This document shows positions 38,114 to 47,263 of a stretch of 64,000 nucleotides of DNA, one piece after another. The stretch lies in the NCBI GenBank assembly GCA_027482245.1, contig JAIXWG010000030.1:7068-71067 (forward strand), given 5' to 3'. Source of the DNA: Acetobacteraceae bacterium. Lineage in GTDB: Bacteria; Pseudomonadota; Alphaproteobacteria; Acetobacterales; Acetobacteraceae. The translations under genes were made by a program, and so were the position numbers. The number at the start of each line of letters is the position of its first letter. Positions within the stretch are counted from its first letter, which is position 1. Below the pieces are notes generated by a model. The model was not told the DNA's origin. It was given only the letters and a program-made list of their open reading frames with translations, and made no database searches.

Positions 38114-39760
38114 ATGTTCATCACCGGCACCGACGACGCGGAAACGCTGCTCGGGACAGACTCCGACGACACCATCATCGGCGCGGCCGGTGACGACGTC
38201 ATCAACGGCCTCGGCGGCTTCAACATCGCGGCCTACTGGACCTCCCCCTTCGGGATCACGGTCCGGCTGTTTGCTAACACCACCGACAATGACGGCTTCG
38301 GCGGGCGCGACACGCTGCAGAACATCTCGGGCATCGCCGGCACGGGCCATGACGACCTGATCTATGGCAGCGACCTGGGCAACTACATCCAGGGCTTCAT
38401 GGGCAACGACACGATCTTCGCCCTCGGCGGCGACGACCTGGTACGCGCGGGCGAAGGCGACGACTACATCGATGGCGGCACGGGCACCGACCGCGTCTTC
38501 TTCCTCGGCAACCGCGCGGATTTCCAGGTCTCCGCCATCCAGGACGGCTTCCTGGTCGTTGACACCGTCGGCAACTACGGCACCAACACCGTCCTGAACT
38601 TCGAGCTGTTCCAGTTCAGCGACCGCCAGGTGACGGCGGCCGAGCTGCTGAACCCGAATGCACCGGGCGACGGCCTGCCCTATCCTCGCGATTCCTCCCC
38701 GCCCGAAGGCACGCCGACGCCGCCGGCCCCGGCGACCACGCCATCCGGCTTCGAAGCCGCCGTGCTGCGGTCCAGCCAGTTCGGCATCGATGTGGGCTGG
38801 AACAACGAGAAGGTGCTCTCCCGCCACCTCGTTGACGTAAATGGCGATGGGCGCGCCGACATCGTCGGCTTCGGCAATGCCGGCGCCTTCGTCGCGCTGG
38901 CCGATGGCAGCGGCGGCTTCAACACCGCGAGGCTCGCCACCAGCCAGTTCAGCATCGATTCCGGCTGGAACAACGAGAACACCTATTCCCGCCACCTCGC
39001 CGACGTGAATGGCGACGGGCGCGGCGACATCGTGGGCTTCGGCAATGCAGGCGCCTTCGTGGCGCTGGGCAATGCCAGCGGCGGCTTCGACACCGCCAGG
39101 CTCGCCACCAACCAGTTCGGCATCGATGTGGGCTGGAACAACGAGAACGTGCTCTCCCGCCACCTGGCCGACGTGAATGGCGACGGGCGCGGCGATATCG
39201 TGGGCTTCGGCAATGCCGGCGCCTTCGTGGCCCTCGGCAATGCCGGCGGCGGCTTCGACACCGCTAGGCTCGCCACCAACCAGTTCGGCATCGATGCCGG
39301 CTGGAACAACGAGAATGTGCTCTCCCGCCACCTCGCCGATGTGAATGGCGATGGCCGCGCCGATATCATCGGCTTCGGCAATGCCGGTGCCTTCGTGGCC
39401 CTCGGCAATGCCGGTGGCGGCTTCGACACCGCGCGGCTCGCCACCAATCAGTTCGGCGTCGGTGCCGGCTGGAACAACGAGAATGTCTATTCCCGCCACC
39501 TCGCCGACGTGAATGGCGACGGGCGGGCCGACATCATCGGCTTCAGCAATGCCGGCGCCTTCGTGGCACTCGGCAATGCCGGCGGCGGCTTCGAAACCGC
39601 CACGCTCGCCACGGGCCAGTTCGGCATCGATGCGGGCTGGGCCAATGAGAATGTCTATGCGCGCAACCTGGCCGATGTGAATGGCGACGGCCGCGCCGAC
39701 ATTGCGGGCTTCGGCAATGCCGGGCTCTGGGTGGCGGAGGCGAGCAGCATCTGGGCCTGA
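38114..39760 (+). CDS. RTX-type Ca-binding repeat protein with C-terminal FG-GAP/lectin-like beta-propeller repeats
   Basis: GGxGxD-like nonapeptides ('GAAGDDVI', 'GFMGNDTI', 'GGTGTD'); Pro/Thr linker; six 'DVNGDGR.DI.GF' motifs; no Sec signal. Confidence 0.88.
   Translation: MFITGTDDAETLLGTDSDDTIIGAAGDDVINGLGGFNIAAYWTSPFGITVRLFANTTDNDGFGGRDTLQNISGIAGTGHDDLIYGSDLGNYIQGFMGNDTIFALGGDDLVRAGEGDDYIDGGTGTDRVFFLGNRADFQVSAIQDGFLVVDTVGNYGTNTVLNFELFQFSDRQVTAAELLNPNAPGDGLPYPRDSSPPEGTPTPPAPATTPSGFEAAVLRSSQFGIDVGWNNEKVLSRHLVDVNGDGRADIVGFGNAGAFVALADGSGGFNTARLATSQFSIDSGWNNENTYSRHLADVNGDGRGDIVGFGNAGAFVALGNASGGFDTARLATNQFGIDVGWNNENVLSRHLADVNGDGRGDIVGFGNAGAFVALGNAGGGFDTARLATNQFGIDAGWNNENVLSRHLADVNGDGRADIIGFGNAGAFVALGNAGGGFDTARLATNQFGVGAGWNNENVYSRHLADVNGDGRADIIGFSNAGAFVALGNAGGGFETATLATGQFGIDAGWANENVYARNLADVNGDGRADIAGFGNAGLWVAEASSIWA
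38747..39738 (+). repeat. About six tandem 168-nt (56-aa) repeats
   Basis: CCGCCACCT at 38821 and 38989 (168-nt period); near-identical peptide units. Confidence 0.92.
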
Positions 39761-39845
39761 GACCCCGGCGGCCTGCCGGGGCGGTGGTGGGCAAGCGGCG
39801 CGGGGCCGCTATGCTGCCCCCCGGCAGGTGCGGAAGGGACCGGCA

Positions 39846-40508
39846 TTGAAAGACATCGTCGTCTTCGGCACCGGGCCCATCGCGGAACTCGCCGCGCTCT
39901 ATTTCGCGGAGGATGCGGGGCGCCGCGTGGCAGGATTCACGGTCGACTCGGCCTATGCGACGACCCCCGCCTTCGCTGGCCTGCCCCTGGTGGCGTTCGA
40001 GGAGGTGGAGGCGCGCTTCCCGCCGGCGGAATATGACCTCTTCGTCGCGCTGGCCTACACGCAGCTGAACCGGCTGCGGCGCGCGAAGGTGGATGCGGCC
40101 AAGGCGCGGGGCTATGGCATCGCGCATTACGTCAGCAACCGCGCCACCCGCTTCTCCACCTTCGAACCCGCCGAGAACCAGTTCATCCTGGAGGACAACA
40201 CGATCCAGCCCTTCGCGACCGTGGGCCGGAACGTGACGCTGTGGTCGGGCAACCACATCGGCCACCACAGCACCATCGCGGAGGATGTGTTCATCGCCTC
40301 CCACGTCGTCGTCTCCGGCGGGGTGACGATCGGGGCGCGGAGCTTCGTGGGCGTCAACGTGACCATCCGGGACCATGTGACAATCGGCGCGGATTGCGTG
40401 ATCGGCGCAGGGGCGCTGGTGCTGAAGGACATCCCGGACGGGTCCGTGCTGGCGCCCACCGGCACCGAGGTCAGCCGGGTGCCGAGCCACCGGCTGAAGC
40501 GGATCTGA
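39846..40508 (+). CDS. Sugar N/O-acyltransferase, left-handed beta-helix (NeuD/PglD/VioB-like)
   Basis: Hexapeptide repeats, 'HIGHHSTI', 'IGAGALV'; TTG start inferred. Confidence 0.85.
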   Translation: MKDIVVFGTGPIAELAALYFAEDAGRRVAGFTVDSAYATTPAFAGLPLVAFEEVEARFPPAEYDLFVALAYTQLNRLRRAKVDAAKARGYGIAHYVSNRATRFSTFEPAENQFILEDNTIQPFATVGRNVTLWSGNHIGHHSTIAEDVFIASHVVVSGGVTIGARSFVGVNVTIRDHVTIGADCVIGAGALVLKDIPDGSVLAPTGTEVSRVPSHRLKRI

Positions 40509-41416
40509 TGGCCTGGCGGCGATTAGGCCGCGTCTTCGCGCCGCCGGCGCCGGGGGCCGATCCGGCGCTGGCGACCCATGCGGCGCTGCCCGTGGCGCAT
40601 CCCCTCGGCGGGGACCTGGTGCGGGTCTTCTACAGCGGGCGGGATGCGGCGAACCGGTCCGCCATCGGGTCGCTGGTGCTGCGCGTGGGGGAGGCCCCGC
40701 GGGTCGAGGACGCGCCGCCCCTGCCGGTGCTGGGGCCGGGCGGGATCGGTGCCTTCGACGATGCGGGCTGCGGCATGGGCTGCGTGGTGCCGGCGCCAGG
40801 GGGCGATCGCCTCTACTACATGGGCTGGAATGTCGGCGGCGCGGTGCCCTGGCGGAACGCCATCGGGCTCGCGGTCGGGGATGCGGCGGCCGGGCGGTTC
40901 GAACGGATCTCGGCCGGCCCGGTCATGGACCGCGACATCACCGATCCCTACAGCCTGTCCTACCCCTGGGTGCTGCGGATGGCGCCGGATGACTGGCGGA
41001 TGTGGTACGGCACCCACCTGGCCTGGGGCGCGGAGAAGGCCGACATGAACCACGCCATCCGCGCCGCGCGATCCGCCGACGGCATCGCCTGGCAGCGGGA
41101 GGCCACGGTCTGCATCCCGCCGCAGGGGGCGGAGATCGCGACGGTCCGGCCCTCCGTGCTGCGGGACGGCGATGGCTTCGCGATGTGGTTCGCCGCGCGG
41201 ACGGAAAGCGGCCCCTATGGCATCGGCCGGGCCGTCAGCGCCGATGGCCAGTGCTGGCGGCGCCTGCCCGGCGGCATCACCGCCGCGCCGGATGGCTGGG
41301 AAGGCGGCGCCGTGACCTATCCCGGCGTGTTCGAATTGCTCGGGCGGCGCTGGCTGCTGTTCAACGGCGCGGGATACGGGCGGTCCGGCATCGGCCTGGC
41401 GGTGTGGGAGGGGTGA
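40508..41416 (+). CDS. Five-bladed beta-propeller glycosidase/phosphorylase-like protein (GH130/GH43-like)
   Basis: 'W..LGRVF', 'G.FD', 'LYY.GW', 'YPWV', 'S.DG..W' repeats, 'NG.GYG.SG.G.A'; TGATG coupling. Confidence 0.65.
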   Translation: MAWRRLGRVFAPPAPGADPALATHAALPVAHPLGGDLVRVFYSGRDAANRSAIGSLVLRVGEAPRVEDAPPLPVLGPGGIGAFDDAGCGMGCVVPAPGGDRLYYMGWNVGGAVPWRNAIGLAVGDAAAGRFERISAGPVMDRDITDPYSLSYPWVLRMAPDDWRMWYGTHLAWGAEKADMNHAIRAARSADGIAWQREATVCIPPQGAEIATVRPSVLRDGDGFAMWFAARTESGPYGIGRAVSADGQCWRRLPGGITAAPDGWEGGAVTYPGVFELLGRRWLLFNGAGYGRSGIGLAVWEG

Positions 41417-42045
41417 CGCACCACCATCGTGAACTCCCAGAGGCCATAATCCTGCAGCACGGCCACATGGCGCCCGTGGCGGGCGACCATCGCGGCCAGC
41501 ATGGCGGCGGGGTCGGCATAGTGCAGGTCCGGCCGCCGGCGTTCGGGGTCGCTGTCCAGGCTCAGCATGTTGAAGGCGAAGCCGCGGCGGGATGACCGCG
41601 CCAGGCCGTCGATCACCCCGTCCACATAGGCCTGCCAGGCGCCCGCATCGGCGCCGCGGATGACGTTGAGGATGCCGCTCGCGATGGCGTAGTCCGCCGT
41701 CTCCGTCGTCTCGTTGCCCAGCAGGAAGACGCGGTCGGGGCCCTCGCCGTGCAGGCGGCGCGCGGCCTCCACCATGGCGGGGGCGATGTCGATCCCGATG
41801 TAGCGGCCGCGATGCCCGGTCGCGCGCAGGAAGGCGAGGAAGTCGCCATAGCCGCAGCCGAGGTCGAGGATGCTGGCATCCGGATCGTCGCCGACCAGCC
41901 GCAGGAACTGCTGGTGGCGGAGCCGCTGCCCGGCCTCATCCTTCCAGTCCACGCCGCGCGCCGTCGGGCCATGCGCGGCCAGCGCCTGTTCGTAATGGGC
42001 GGTGACCGCATCCAGGATCGGTCGGGCCAGGCTTGGTTGGGCCAT
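41317..42045 (-). CDS. Class I SAM-dependent methyltransferase
   Basis: 'SILDLGCGYG', 'YIGIDI', 'ASG..N', 'DYGLWEFT'; 3' end overlaps the convergent gene by 100 nt. Confidence 0.85.
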   Translation of the reverse strand: MAQPSLARPILDAVTAHYEQALAAHGPTARGVDWKDEAGQRLRHQQFLRLVGDDPDASILDLGCGYGDFLAFLRATGHRGRYIGIDIAPAMVEAARRLHGEGPDRVFLLGNETTETADYAIASGILNVIRGADAGAWQAYVDGVIDGLARSSRRGFAFNMLSLDSDPERRRPDLHYADPAAMLAAMVARHGRHVAVLQDYGLWEFTMVVRHPSHTARPMPDRPYPAPLNSSQRRPSNSNTPG

Positions 42046-42860
42046 CAGGGACGTGACCTCGCAAGGCGGGCGGCACGGCGGGCGCGCCATTCATCGGCCG
42101 TGGCGGCGGGCTGGTAGTCGAGGCCGAGGCGCCGCCGCAGCGCAGGGTCCAGCCCCGGCCGGTCCCGGAACGCCACCTGCTGCGCCAGCAGGGGGATGCC
42201 GTGCAGCGTGTTGATGGCGCGGCGCGGGCGCGTGCCGCGGTTCACGCCGCCGCGGTGGAAGCACATGGCGTCGAAGACCAGGATGGCGCCGGCCGGCGCA
42301 TGGGCGGGCACGGCCCAGCGTTCGGCAAAGGCCGGGGATGGGAACGTTTCATGCCTGTGCGACCCTGGCAGAAAAAGGGTCGATCCGCTCGTCACGTCGA
42401 AGTCATCCAGCACGGCCAGCGCGCCGAGCGCGATGGGCTTCGTGCTGACCCAGGCCTGGTAGGGCAGGTCCCGGTGCCAAGCCTGCTGATGGTGCCCAGC
42501 CCCGCCGGGCGGCATCACGATGCCGTTCTGCTGCATGACCAGCGCGGCCGGGCCCAGCACCGCCTCCACCACCGCCGTCAGCGCGGGCGCGCGCAGGATG
42601 TCGAGGAAGATATCGTCCTCCTCCGGCAGCGCGCGGGCCTGGCCGGCATCGCCGATGGCGGCCAGCGCCGCCTCTCCCCCGAAGCGGGCGGACTGGTCGG
42701 CCAGCACGCGATCCAGCGCCGCCGCCATGGCCGCGACACTGGCGGGCGGCAGCGCGTCGGGCAGGATGGTGAAGCCGATCCGCGCCAGTTCCTCCAGCGC
42801 CAGGGCCAGGGCCGGGTCGGCCGGTCCGCCGGGGGTGGGGGTGATGCCGTAGGACTGCAT
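42045..42860 (-). CDS. Phytanoyl-CoA dioxygenase (PhyH) family Fe(II)/2-oxoglutarate oxygenase
   Basis: 'WHRD', 'LDDF....G.T..LPGSH', 'FHRGG.N', 'RR'. Confidence 0.87.
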   Translation of the reverse strand: MQSYGITPTPGGPADPALALALEELARIGFTILPDALPPASVAAMAAALDRVLADQSARFGGEAALAAIGDAGQARALPEEDDIFLDILRAPALTAVVEAVLGPAALVMQQNGIVMPPGGAGHHQQAWHRDLPYQAWVSTKPIALGALAVLDDFDVTSGSTLFLPGSHRHETFPSPAFAERWAVPAHAPAGAILVFDAMCFHRGGVNRGTRPRRAINTLHGIPLLAQQVAFRDRPGLDPALRRRLGLDYQPAATADEWRARRAARLARSRP

Positions 42861-42869
42861 GGCGCGCTC

Positions 42870-43988
42870 TCAGCGGGGAATGAGGTCGTCCCAGCGGATG
42901 AGGTGGCAACCGGCGAAGCGGGCGGCAAGGGCCGGCTGGGCGTCGGGGCGCAGCGCCAGCAGCAGGCTGTCGCGCGCCGGGTCCGGCGCCGCGATGACGG
43001 GCTTGCCCAGGCCCTCGGCACCGGCCGGGTCATCGGCCGTCAGCGCGGCGATTCGGGACCAGGTCCCGGGGGCGAAGGCGCGCAGCAGGCGCGCCGCCTC
43101 CCCCACCCCGAAGGCGACCAGCCGCCGGCCGGGATCGAGGCGCGTAAGCAGGGTGGCGTCCAGCGCGCGCCAGGCGGCGAGGTAGGCGCGGCGGGGCGTG
43201 GCGGCGATGGCGCCGCGGGGCGGCGGCGCGCTTCGGGGCAGGCCAGGGGGCAGGACAGGGCGCAGCAGCAGGGCCTGGAAGCCGCCGGGCATGGGGTCGC
43301 GTGCCGCCACCCGGAACCCGGCCTCGATGGCCAGGCGCGCCAGCGCCGCCGGCGGGAAGGACCAGCGATGGTCGGCCATCAGAAGCTCGATCCAGGGCAG
43401 GCTGCCATCGGGGCAGACCAGGATGGCACCCCCGCCGGGCGCGACGGCGCGGCGCAGCGCGGCCAGGAAGGCGCGGGGGTCCGGCGTGTGCTCGATGACG
43501 TTGACCGAGAGGACCAGCCGCGCGCGCATCCCGGGGCGGAGCGTGGCGGCCACGAGCAGGCCGGTGCGGCGCGCGGCGGCGGCCACGCGGGACGCGACTT
43601 CCACCCCGGCGCGCCGGGCATCCGGCCAGCGGGCGTGCAGTGCGGCGAGCAGCGCGCCATTGCCGCAGCCCACATCCAGCAGCGAATCCGGCGGCGGGCC
43701 GGGCCAGAGCGCGGCGATGCGACGAGCATAGCCATCGGCGCGGGCGATGTCGGCGGCGGAGGGCGGAGCGGCGCCCAGCCGATAGGCGTCCCCGAAGGTG
43801 TGACGCGGCAGGCGCGCGGCCTGGCGGGCCGGCAGCCAGGCCGCGCCGCAGGCCCGGCAATGCCGGCGCTCCACCGCGACGCCGACCAGGGCGCCGTCGC
43901 TCAGCATGGCGCCGCGGCGAGGCGCGGCGATGGGCAGGGCGCCGGGGGCGGCGCAGAGGGGGCAGCGATGCCGCGCGGGGCTAGGCAC
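42870..43988 (-). CDS. Class I SAM-dependent methyltransferase with Cys-pair N-terminus
   Basis: 'CPLC', 'CRACG', 'LLDVGCGNG', 'NVIEH..DP', 'DH..SF'; very GC-rich. Confidence 0.8.
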   Translation of the reverse strand: MPSPARHRCPLCAAPGALPIAAPRRGAMLSDGALVGVAVERRHCRACGAAWLPARQAARLPRHTFGDAYRLGAAPPSAADIARADGYARRIAALWPGPPPDSLLDVGCGNGALLAALHARWPDARRAGVEVASRVAAAARRTGLLVAATLRPGMRARLVLSVNVIEHTPDPRAFLAALRRAVAPGGGAILVCPDGSLPWIELLMADHRWSFPPAALARLAIEAGFRVAARDPMPGGFQALLLRPVLPPGLPRSAPPPRGAIAATPRRAYLAAWRALDATLLTRLDPGRRLVAFGVGEAARLLRAFAPGTWSRIAALTADDPAGAEGLGKPVIAAPDPARDSLLLALRPDAQPALAARFAGCHLIRWDDLIPR

Positions 43989-44688
43989 CCAGCACGGCCC
44001 GCGCGCCTTCCGCCCCCAACGTCAGCAGCGGGTCCAGCACGGAGACCGCCGGTTCGAAACCGCCCCAGAGCTGCGGGTATTCCGGCAGCCCCGCATAGCT
44101 CATCCATTCCACCGCCATGCCGCGGGCGGCGAAGGCGCCCTCATCCAGATAGGCCTGGGCGGAGGGGCCGGAGAGGTAGCGCGTGGCGCCGGCCGCGGCC
44201 GCAAGTTCGACCAGGCGCTGCGTCGGGTCCAGCGAATCCAGCGTCTCCCGCGGCAGCAGGTCCACGTCCCGCAGGAAGGGCGTGGTGATGCCGAGCAGGC
44301 CGCAGAGCGCCTTCGTCAGGTGCTGGTTCACGCCGGACAGCAACGGCTGCTCCGCCACCCCCGCATAGGCGTCGCGGACGGCGTCGATGACGGACGAAAA
44401 GCCCGCGCCGCGGCGATAGGCGCCCTCGATGCTCCGCAGGTGCTTGGCGGCCCAGCCGGGCTCCGCGATCTCCATCGCATCGATGGGGCTGAGGTAGTTG
44501 CCCTTCTGCTTCACGGGGATGGTCAGCCAGAGCGGACCCTGCGCGGTCTTGATGCGGTTGCGCGTCCGCCAGTCCCGCCGCGTGAACTGCACGCTGTCCA
44601 GGAAGACGAAGGCGTCCGCCCGCGCGATCATGGCGAAGGCGCCGCGCCAGGGGATGTAGCTGGACTGGACGATGGCGACGCGCGTCAT
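43981..44688 (-). CDS. wbqC: WbqC family protein
   Basis: 'IVQSSYIPWRG.F', 'D.VQF..RDW..RNRI', 'WLTIPV', 'YLSG.SA..Y', 'YPQ', 'S.LD'. Confidence 0.9.
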   Translation of the reverse strand: MTRVAIVQSSYIPWRGAFAMIARADAFVFLDSVQFTRRDWRTRNRIKTAQGPLWLTIPVKQKGNYLSPIDAMEIAEPGWAAKHLRSIEGAYRRGAGFSSVIDAVRDAYAGVAEQPLLSGVNQHLTKALCGLLGITTPFLRDVDLLPRETLDSLDPTQRLVELAAAAGATRYLSGPSAQAYLDEGAFAARGMAVEWMSYAGLPEYPQLWGGFEPAVSVLDPLLTLGAEGARAVLGA

Positions 44689-44836
44689 ATCGCCGTGCCT
44701 TTTCGTTGGCACGAAAAGGTCCTCAGGCGCCGGCGCTTCGCTTGGCTTCGCCGCATTGGCGGCGGGCCGCATTCGCGGCCTCGGCCAGAGTGAAGGACGC
44801 TGGCCGCCATCGGATCACGATCGACGCGTCCGGATA

Positions 44837-46024
44837 TCACGCGTTCTTCCCATAAAACGCCGCGATGGCGTCGATGACGCGCGCGACCTCGCCCTCCCCG
44901 AGCCCGAGATACATCGGCAGCCGCACCAGCCTGGCGGCGATGTCGTCCGTCACGGACAGGTCGCCATGGGCGCGGCCATAGCGCAGCCCGGCCGGGGCGG
45001 AGTGCAGCGGCACGTAGTGGAAGACGGCATGGATGCCGCGCGCGTTGAGATGCGCCAGCAGCGCGCCGCGCGCTTCAGCATCCTTCGTCAGCAGCCAGAA
45101 GATGTGGCCATTCGCCTCATCCGCCGTGGCGGCGGGCAGCGTGACATGGCCGGCGCGCGCCAGGCCCGCCAGGCCGATGCGATAGGCCTCGTAGCTCGCG
45201 CGCCGCGCCTGGATGATCCCTTCCGCCTGCTCGAACTGCGCGTAAAGGAAGGCGGAGACGATCTCCCCGGGGCAGTAGGAGCTGCCGATGTCCCGCCAGG
45301 TGTATTTGTCGATCTCGCCGCGGAAGAAGCGGCTGCGGTCGGTGCCCTTCTCCCGCAGGATCTCCGCACGCTCGATCATCCGGTCATCGTTCACCAGCAG
45401 CGCGCCGCCCTCGCCGGAGATGATGTTTTTCGTCTCGTGAAAGGACAGGCAGCCGAGATGGCCGATGGTGCCGAGGGCACGGCCCTTGTAGTGCGACAGA
45501 TGCGCCTGCGCGGCATCCTCCACCACCAGCAGCTTGTGGCGATCGGCGATGGCCATGATCGCATCCATCTCGCAGGCGACGCCGGCGTAGTGCACGGGGA
45601 CGATGGCGCGGGTGCGGGGCGTGATGGCGGGCTCGATCAGCGTCTCGTCGATGTTCAGCGTGTCCGGGCGGACATCGACGAAGACCGGCGTCGCGCCGCG
45701 CAGCACGAAGGCCGTCGCGGTGGAGGAGAAGGTGAAGGAGGGCATGATGACCTCATCCCCCGGCCCGACCTCCGCCAGCATCGCCGCCATCTCCAGCGCT
45801 GCGGTGCAGGAATGGGCCATCAAGGCACGGCGGGACGGCAATTCGCGTTCCAGCCAAGCCTCGCAGCGCTTCATGAAGGGGCCGCCGCCGGCGATGGTGC
45901 CGTTGCGGATCGCCTCCTCGATATAGGCGAGTTCGCGCCCCACCATGGTCGGGCGGCCGAAGGGGATCTTCGCAGCGGGGGAACCCGGGGTTGCGCCCGG
46001 GGGCGGCACGGCGGCATCGGTCAT
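44837..46024 (-). CDS. rffA: dTDP-4-amino-4,6-dideoxygalactose transaminase
   Basis: 'SCTAALEM', 'PSFTF.STA', 'VHYAG', 'EDAAQ', 'SFHETKN...GEGG', 'EKGT.RS.FFRG..DKYTW'. Confidence 0.9.
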   Translation of the reverse strand: MTDAAVPPPGATPGSPAAKIPFGRPTMVGRELAYIEEAIRNGTIAGGGPFMKRCEAWLERELPSRRALMAHSCTAALEMAAMLAEVGPGDEVIMPSFTFSSTATAFVLRGATPVFVDVRPDTLNIDETLIEPAITPRTRAIVPVHYAGVACEMDAIMAIADRHKLLVVEDAAQAHLSHYKGRALGTIGHLGCLSFHETKNIISGEGGALLVNDDRMIERAEILREKGTDRSRFFRGEIDKYTWRDIGSSYCPGEIVSAFLYAQFEQAEGIIQARRASYEAYRIGLAGLARAGHVTLPAATADEANGHIFWLLTKDAEARGALLAHLNARGIHAVFHYVPLHSAPAGLRYGRAHGDLSVTDDIAARLVRLPMYLGLGEGEVARVIDAIAAFYGKNA

Positions 46025-46141
46025 GCTAGGCGTGTCCGTCACGCCGGGGTGGGCGTCAAGCAGCACACACGCGCCGGTTGACGAATCGTAACAACACCCG
46101 CTCTATCCCCCGCGCCCTTGGCGCCAACCGGGAGAGACGCC

Positions 46142-47158
46142 TTGACCCACCCGCTGATCCGCAGCCTGGCCCGGATGGTCCCGCTGATCCGCACCCTGCA
46201 TGACCGCCAGATCACCCTGTCCCGCAGCGTCGAGGCGCTGGAGGCGGCGCTGGCGCAGGAAAAGGCGGCAGCCGCGCAGCGGCTGGAGGAGACGGCCCGC
46301 GCCCTTCCCCCGGCCATCATCGAGCAGACGCTGAGCATGGTGCGGGCCGAATACACGGTGATGCCGCGCTACGGCTTCCACCAGCCGATCGACTACCTGG
46401 AGACCACGATCCCCCCCGTCTTCGGCCCGCCCGTGGCGGTGCCGGGGGATCCGCTGCCCCTGCCCGCGCCGGCCGACCGCTACGGCTACCCCGCCGATGA
46501 CGCCACCTACCTCGCCATGGGGCGGTCGGACGCCGACATGTTCAAGGGCCAGATCGCCCGGCACCTCGACCGGCGGGACGGGCTCGCGGTGCTGGATTTC
46601 GGCTGCTCCGTCGGCCGCGTGCTGCGGCATTTCGACGGCGAGCGCCGCGACCTCGGCTGGCAACTGCACGGGGTGGATGTGCAGGCCACCTGCATCGAAT
46701 GGCTGCGGCTGCACTTCCCGCCGGAATACCAAGTCTTCACCGGCACCGTGCTGCCGCACCTGCCGCTGCCGGACAACAGCCTCGACGTCATCTACGGCAT
46801 CAGCGTCTTCACCCATGTGAAGTACCTCTGGGATGCTTGGCTGCTGGAACTGAAGCGCGTGCTGAAGCCGGGCGGGCTGCTGCTGCAGACCATCCACACG
46901 GAGAATGCCTGGGACTTCTACCGCCGCCACAAGGATGTGCCGGGGATCATGCAGCATCTGCCGCCCGCGATCCTGGAGCATGAGGCGATGCCGCATGACT
47001 GGATCCATCGCGGCGATATCGGCATCAGCCAGGCCTTCTGGAAGGCGGAGGTCGCGCGCCGCTACTGGGGCCGGTACGTGGAGGTGATCGACCTGCTGCC
47101 GCCGCAGCACCGGGAATCCTTCCAGGACCTGATGGTCTGCCGGAAGCCGGCGGGCTGA
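46142..47158 (+). CDS. Class I SAM-dependent methyltransferase with N-terminal coiled coil
   Basis: 'VLDFGCSVGR', 'HGVDV', 'SVFTH', 'RVLKPGG'; TTG start after GGAGAG inferred. Confidence 0.85.
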   Translation: MTHPLIRSLARMVPLIRTLHDRQITLSRSVEALEAALAQEKAAAAQRLEETARALPPAIIEQTLSMVRAEYTVMPRYGFHQPIDYLETTIPPVFGPPVAVPGDPLPLPAPADRYGYPADDATYLAMGRSDADMFKGQIARHLDRRDGLAVLDFGCSVGRVLRHFDGERRDLGWQLHGVDVQATCIEWLRLHFPPEYQVFTGTVLPHLPLPDNSLDVIYGISVFTHVKYLWDAWLLELKRVLKPGGLLLQTIHTENAWDFYRRHKDVPGIMQHLPPAILEHEAMPHDWIHRGDIGISQAFWKAEVARRYWGRYVEVIDLLPPQHRESFQDLMVCRKPAG

Positions 47159-47263
47159 GGGCGGGACGGATATCCCGGGGCTGTTCGCTGGACAGCCGGT
47201 CGACAATTCTCCACAAGCCTCCGCTGGACTGCCGGCCGATGGGCCGGCCCGCCGCCAGAATGG

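Noticed and set aside
38747-39738. Regular DNA repeats as a possible CRISPR array
   Set aside because: 168-nt in-frame coding repeats with synonymous variation; no unique spacers and no cas genes.
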